Of a stretch of DNA of 64,000 nt, positions 60,689 to 64,000 are shown in pieces (position 1 is the stretch's first letter; every line of letters begins with the position of its first letter). This DNA is from Okamejei kenojei (taxonomy: Eukaryota). The position numbers were made by a program, and so were the translations under genes. The DNA is taken from NCBI GenBank assembly GCA_035221665.1, contig CM069174.1, positions 11,222,001-11,286,000 of the forward strand, read 5' to 3'. The notes beneath the pieces were generated by a model. That model saw nothing but the letters and a program-made list of their open reading frames with translations, made no database searches and was not told the DNA's origin.

Positions 60689-62854
60689 GGCTCATACTGC
60701 AACAGGCTCAGGACGTTCTGGTGGAAGAAAAACTGCAAGACGGTGCTTAATAAGTTTCACCACTTAGCATTTAAAAAAAAACACAATAACTTTCAAAAAG
60801 TGAGGTACATGAAACACATTCAAATCCTCACTCCTGGTATGTTAATACATTATCGAACGGAGAGTTTAAAAAAAAAAAAAAAAAGACTTGGAGGAAATTA
60901 TTTTTTACTGCATTCAATAATAACATAACTAGTCTCATTTCACCCCAAATCTTAAGCCATGAACCCCAAATCCACGCACATCCAACTTTGCTTGTCCCCG
61001 TACCGTCCTGTTCCACATCACCCCAACTAAAGATTTGTGCTCCTGCTTCTCGTGAAGCTCAGCTCTGCTCCCAGTATTCAATAACCCGCACTTGCGCTGC
61101 ATCTTACCATTTCCAAAGACTCTTTTAGTCAATCTTGTTTGCACACAGGGCCTCCTTTCAAAAGCAAAACCTCGCAGTCACGTTGAAAGCTCAGCGACTC
61201 AAGGCTCATCAGCCCAAGCAAAGCAGGGTCAAAGCGAGACAGCCAGCAGGACGCTGCTTTTATGCCGCAAACTGCACGACGGCAGCTATGTCGTCATTAA
61301 AAATAATGGATATGTCCTGGGCTGGAAGCAAGCCAAAGGCTGGAGAGGAATTCAAGCAAAGTAAACATCCCTTGCTCCTCATATCGTTGCAAGAGCCTTA
61401 CTGCTCCTCTATTCCAGTCACCAAAAACCCAGCATTCTGATATGCACATGTTTCCTAAAGGAGGGAAGCAACAAACGGGCAAATTCCACTGGCATCATCT
61501 CTCCAGATAACATAGCCCCCATGCGTCATCACCTCTATGGCTGGACTCTAGAGCATTAGTGGAACAGACAGATCACTTGCCTTATCCACGCTCAGTACTC
61601 CAGTTTATTTGTGCAACACAATGCTTTTTCTTTAAAAACGGTGTCATCAAGTCTTAAACAACAGCTACCGTACAATTTGAAACAACGAACTATAGATAGA
61701 CGGGGAGAGTTTCTCCTCCTTCAGAAACAAACTTTATAAGGGTATGGACGGGAGGATCAAACTTAACTGTGATGCGTAACAAATGCCATGCAGTCTCCGT
61801 ACCCTTTATATAGCAGCAAGAAGTTTTGTACTGTTGGAGGGGTCAGTTTTCAAACGACACAAGGCAGCCTGGTCTTATTATTACCAATATACTTGTTATC
61901 AGTCAGCTGAATCATCCTACCACAACCAGAGAGCAGCGCTGAACTACTATTTACCTCTTTGGTGACCCTCGGACTATCCTTGATCGGTCTTTGCTGGCTT
62001 TACCTTGCACTAAAACGTTATTCCCTTATCATGTATCTATACACTGCAAATGGCTCGATTGTAATAATGTATTGTCTTTCTGCTGACTGGATAGCACGCA
62101 ACAAAGCTTTTCACTGGAAAGACGAGAAAAAAGGCAAAGTGCCGGTGTAACTCAACAGGTCAGACAGCATCTCAAGAACATGGATGGGCGATGTTTCGGG
62201 TCAGAACCCGTCTTCAGTGTGAAGAACGGTCCCAACCAAAATTGTCAGCCATCCATGTTCTCCAGAGATGCTGCCTAATCCACCGAGTCGCTTCAGCACT
62301 CTGCGCCTTTTTTTTTGGTAAGCCAGCACCTGCAGTTCCTTGCTTCTCTATCCAATACACCTTACAGCCAATGAAATTCCTTTGAAATATAGTCAGGATG
62401 TTTGGCAGCCAATTTCCACACAGCAAGATCCCACAGGTTGCATTGTGAAGTTGACCAGATAACCCGTTTCAGAAAGATTACAGTGGAACAAATAGTGGGG
62501 GACACCAGAATTACACCACTGCTCCTCAAAATAGCAGAGAGGGGGGTCTTTAATGTGTGCATGACAGTCCAGTACGCCTTCAGTTCTGACTGGAGCAGGG
62601 GTGGGGAACTGTTTCATGTCGGAATGCCGTATTAAGTTAGCTGCAGTCTAATAAGGCCACATCCAAGAAACTTCAATTAGATTTACTTCATGACATTTAC
62701 ATTGAAAGTTGTTGAGGAAATCTATCCCTCGTGTTCTACCCGTAAGAGTACCCAAAGCGAGTAACTCTTCTTTTATTTTTTAGTATTTTAAATATGTTCA
62801 TTTTAAGATTAAAATAAAAATAATAAGACAAAAAAAAAAACATTAATAAAAATA

Positions 62855-62996
62855 AAAGGTAGACAACAATGCTGGAGAAACTCAGCGGGTGAGATCAGTT
62901 TGAAGAAGGGTCTCGACCCGAAACATTGCCTATTTCCTTTGCTCCATAGATGCTGCCTCACCCGCTGAGTTTCTCCAGCATTTTTGGCTACCTTCA
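62855..62996. mobile_element. Penelope-derived fold-back insertion
   Basis: Inverted arms aaggtagacaa...ctcagcggg / cccgctgag...ctaccttc. Confidence 0.75.
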
Positions 62997-64000
62997 AAAG
63001 GCCACATATTCCCCACCCCTGGACTTTGTCAATAGTGTGTTTTCATGCTGAAGTGACGCGAATGAGGCAAGCACAGAGCCTACAGAGGGCCAGATCAAAA
63101 GATTTAGCCCGCCCACAACTCCAGAGAACATGGATGGCTGAATTTAACTTCTGGGGGTGACCCGAAACGTTATCTCAGAATTTCCTGCTAGCACAGCAGT
63201 TCCTTCTTTAAAACTTTGTCTACTGCGACATCTCCTCAAGGTATGCCTACTCTCCTCCTCCCTACGGAGACAGTTTCACAACCTACAACCTCCTCCAGTC
63301 TGATCTCGACCCGATCGCCTAACGCTTGAGTTTCTCCAGCTTTTTGTGTAGATTTAATTAATTTGGGGTGATTCTCAGAATCCTGTAGCACAGATGGTTA
63401 TCATTCTATGAATTGCATCAACGTTGCAGCTTAGAAGACCCTTCCAGCTAGTTAATCCTCATAGTCACATGTACATCATGTTTGGGACAAACACCCATCA
63501 TTGATTTATTCGCCTCAGCACTCCACAATTTGAGATTTGTAATAGAAAAAAAAAAAAATCATGTGGTTAAAGTTCACATCAGCAACCCCCACCCCGACCT
63601 TCTACATCCGACATAAAACCTTGCTGTTGTGTCGTGCCTTTTGTAACGTCCCAAAGCACTTTATTGTCGCGAGCAGCTTGTGTTGGCTGCAATACAAGAT
63701 AGCAGCCAGTCTGCATAAAAATAAAATGTGAGCAATTGGTGAATATTTTTGCCTGGTGTCTAGGCAACACAGTCAGAGAGAGTCATCCTTGGTCTCGGTC
63801 CCAGAAGGCAGAAATATTAAAGACGAAAAGATGCAAATAGCTGACATAATGTGCGCGAGTGAAATATCAATAACCATGTGAATTAGCACTGCTGCAAGCA
63901 TGCAGCATTCTCAGGAGATTTGCCCTTTCCTAGATTCTCTACAACCCAAATATTTGTTTGCCAGCTCTAAAGCAAAAGGGAGATGAATCCCCACTTTTCA

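Noticed and set aside
49600-62560. Several similar fragments with L2-like tails (49600-49745, 51055-51240, 51620-51960, 62360-62560) as conserved regulatory elements
   Set aside because: They resemble each other and old SINE/L2 remnants; too decayed to classify, and exaptation cannot be judged without alignments.
1-64000. CRISPR array or prokaryotic/viral system
   Set aside because: No regularly spaced repeat-spacer structure or operon-like ORFs; the recurring palindromes are dispersed eukaryotic retroelement fragments.

Overview
Vertebrate genomic DNA. The repeat complement (HE1-type V-SINEs, CR1/L2/Rex1/Tx1 LINEs, abundant Penelope-like fragments) points to a cartilaginous fish, probably a skate or ray (inference). 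Three protein genes are present. (1) A complete 28-coding-exon class I myosin on + (1793-31237, 1074 aa, 4 IQ motifs, TH1 tail), most likely MYO1A. (2) TIMELESS on -, convergent with the myosin; the promoter, first coding exon and last six exons are visible, but most of the gene is missing at a 500-N gap whose flanks are error-rich. (3) A complete RNF41/Nrdp1 on - (60688-48846, 318 aa). A tRNA-Ser(CGA) gene lies between TIMELESS and RNF41. The most notable non-genic signals are: many Penelope-derived fold-back insertions with long target duplications and minimal hammerhead-ribozyme-like cores; a Tigger-like MITE carrying such a ribozyme segment in two copies; an ~800 bp cryptic FOX/E-box-rich array in a myosin intron; a ~250 bp element duplicated in two adjacent introns; and a tRNA-RNF41 linkage that appears deeply conserved. 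All calls are by eye from the sequence; no database searches were run, and repeat boundaries are approximate.
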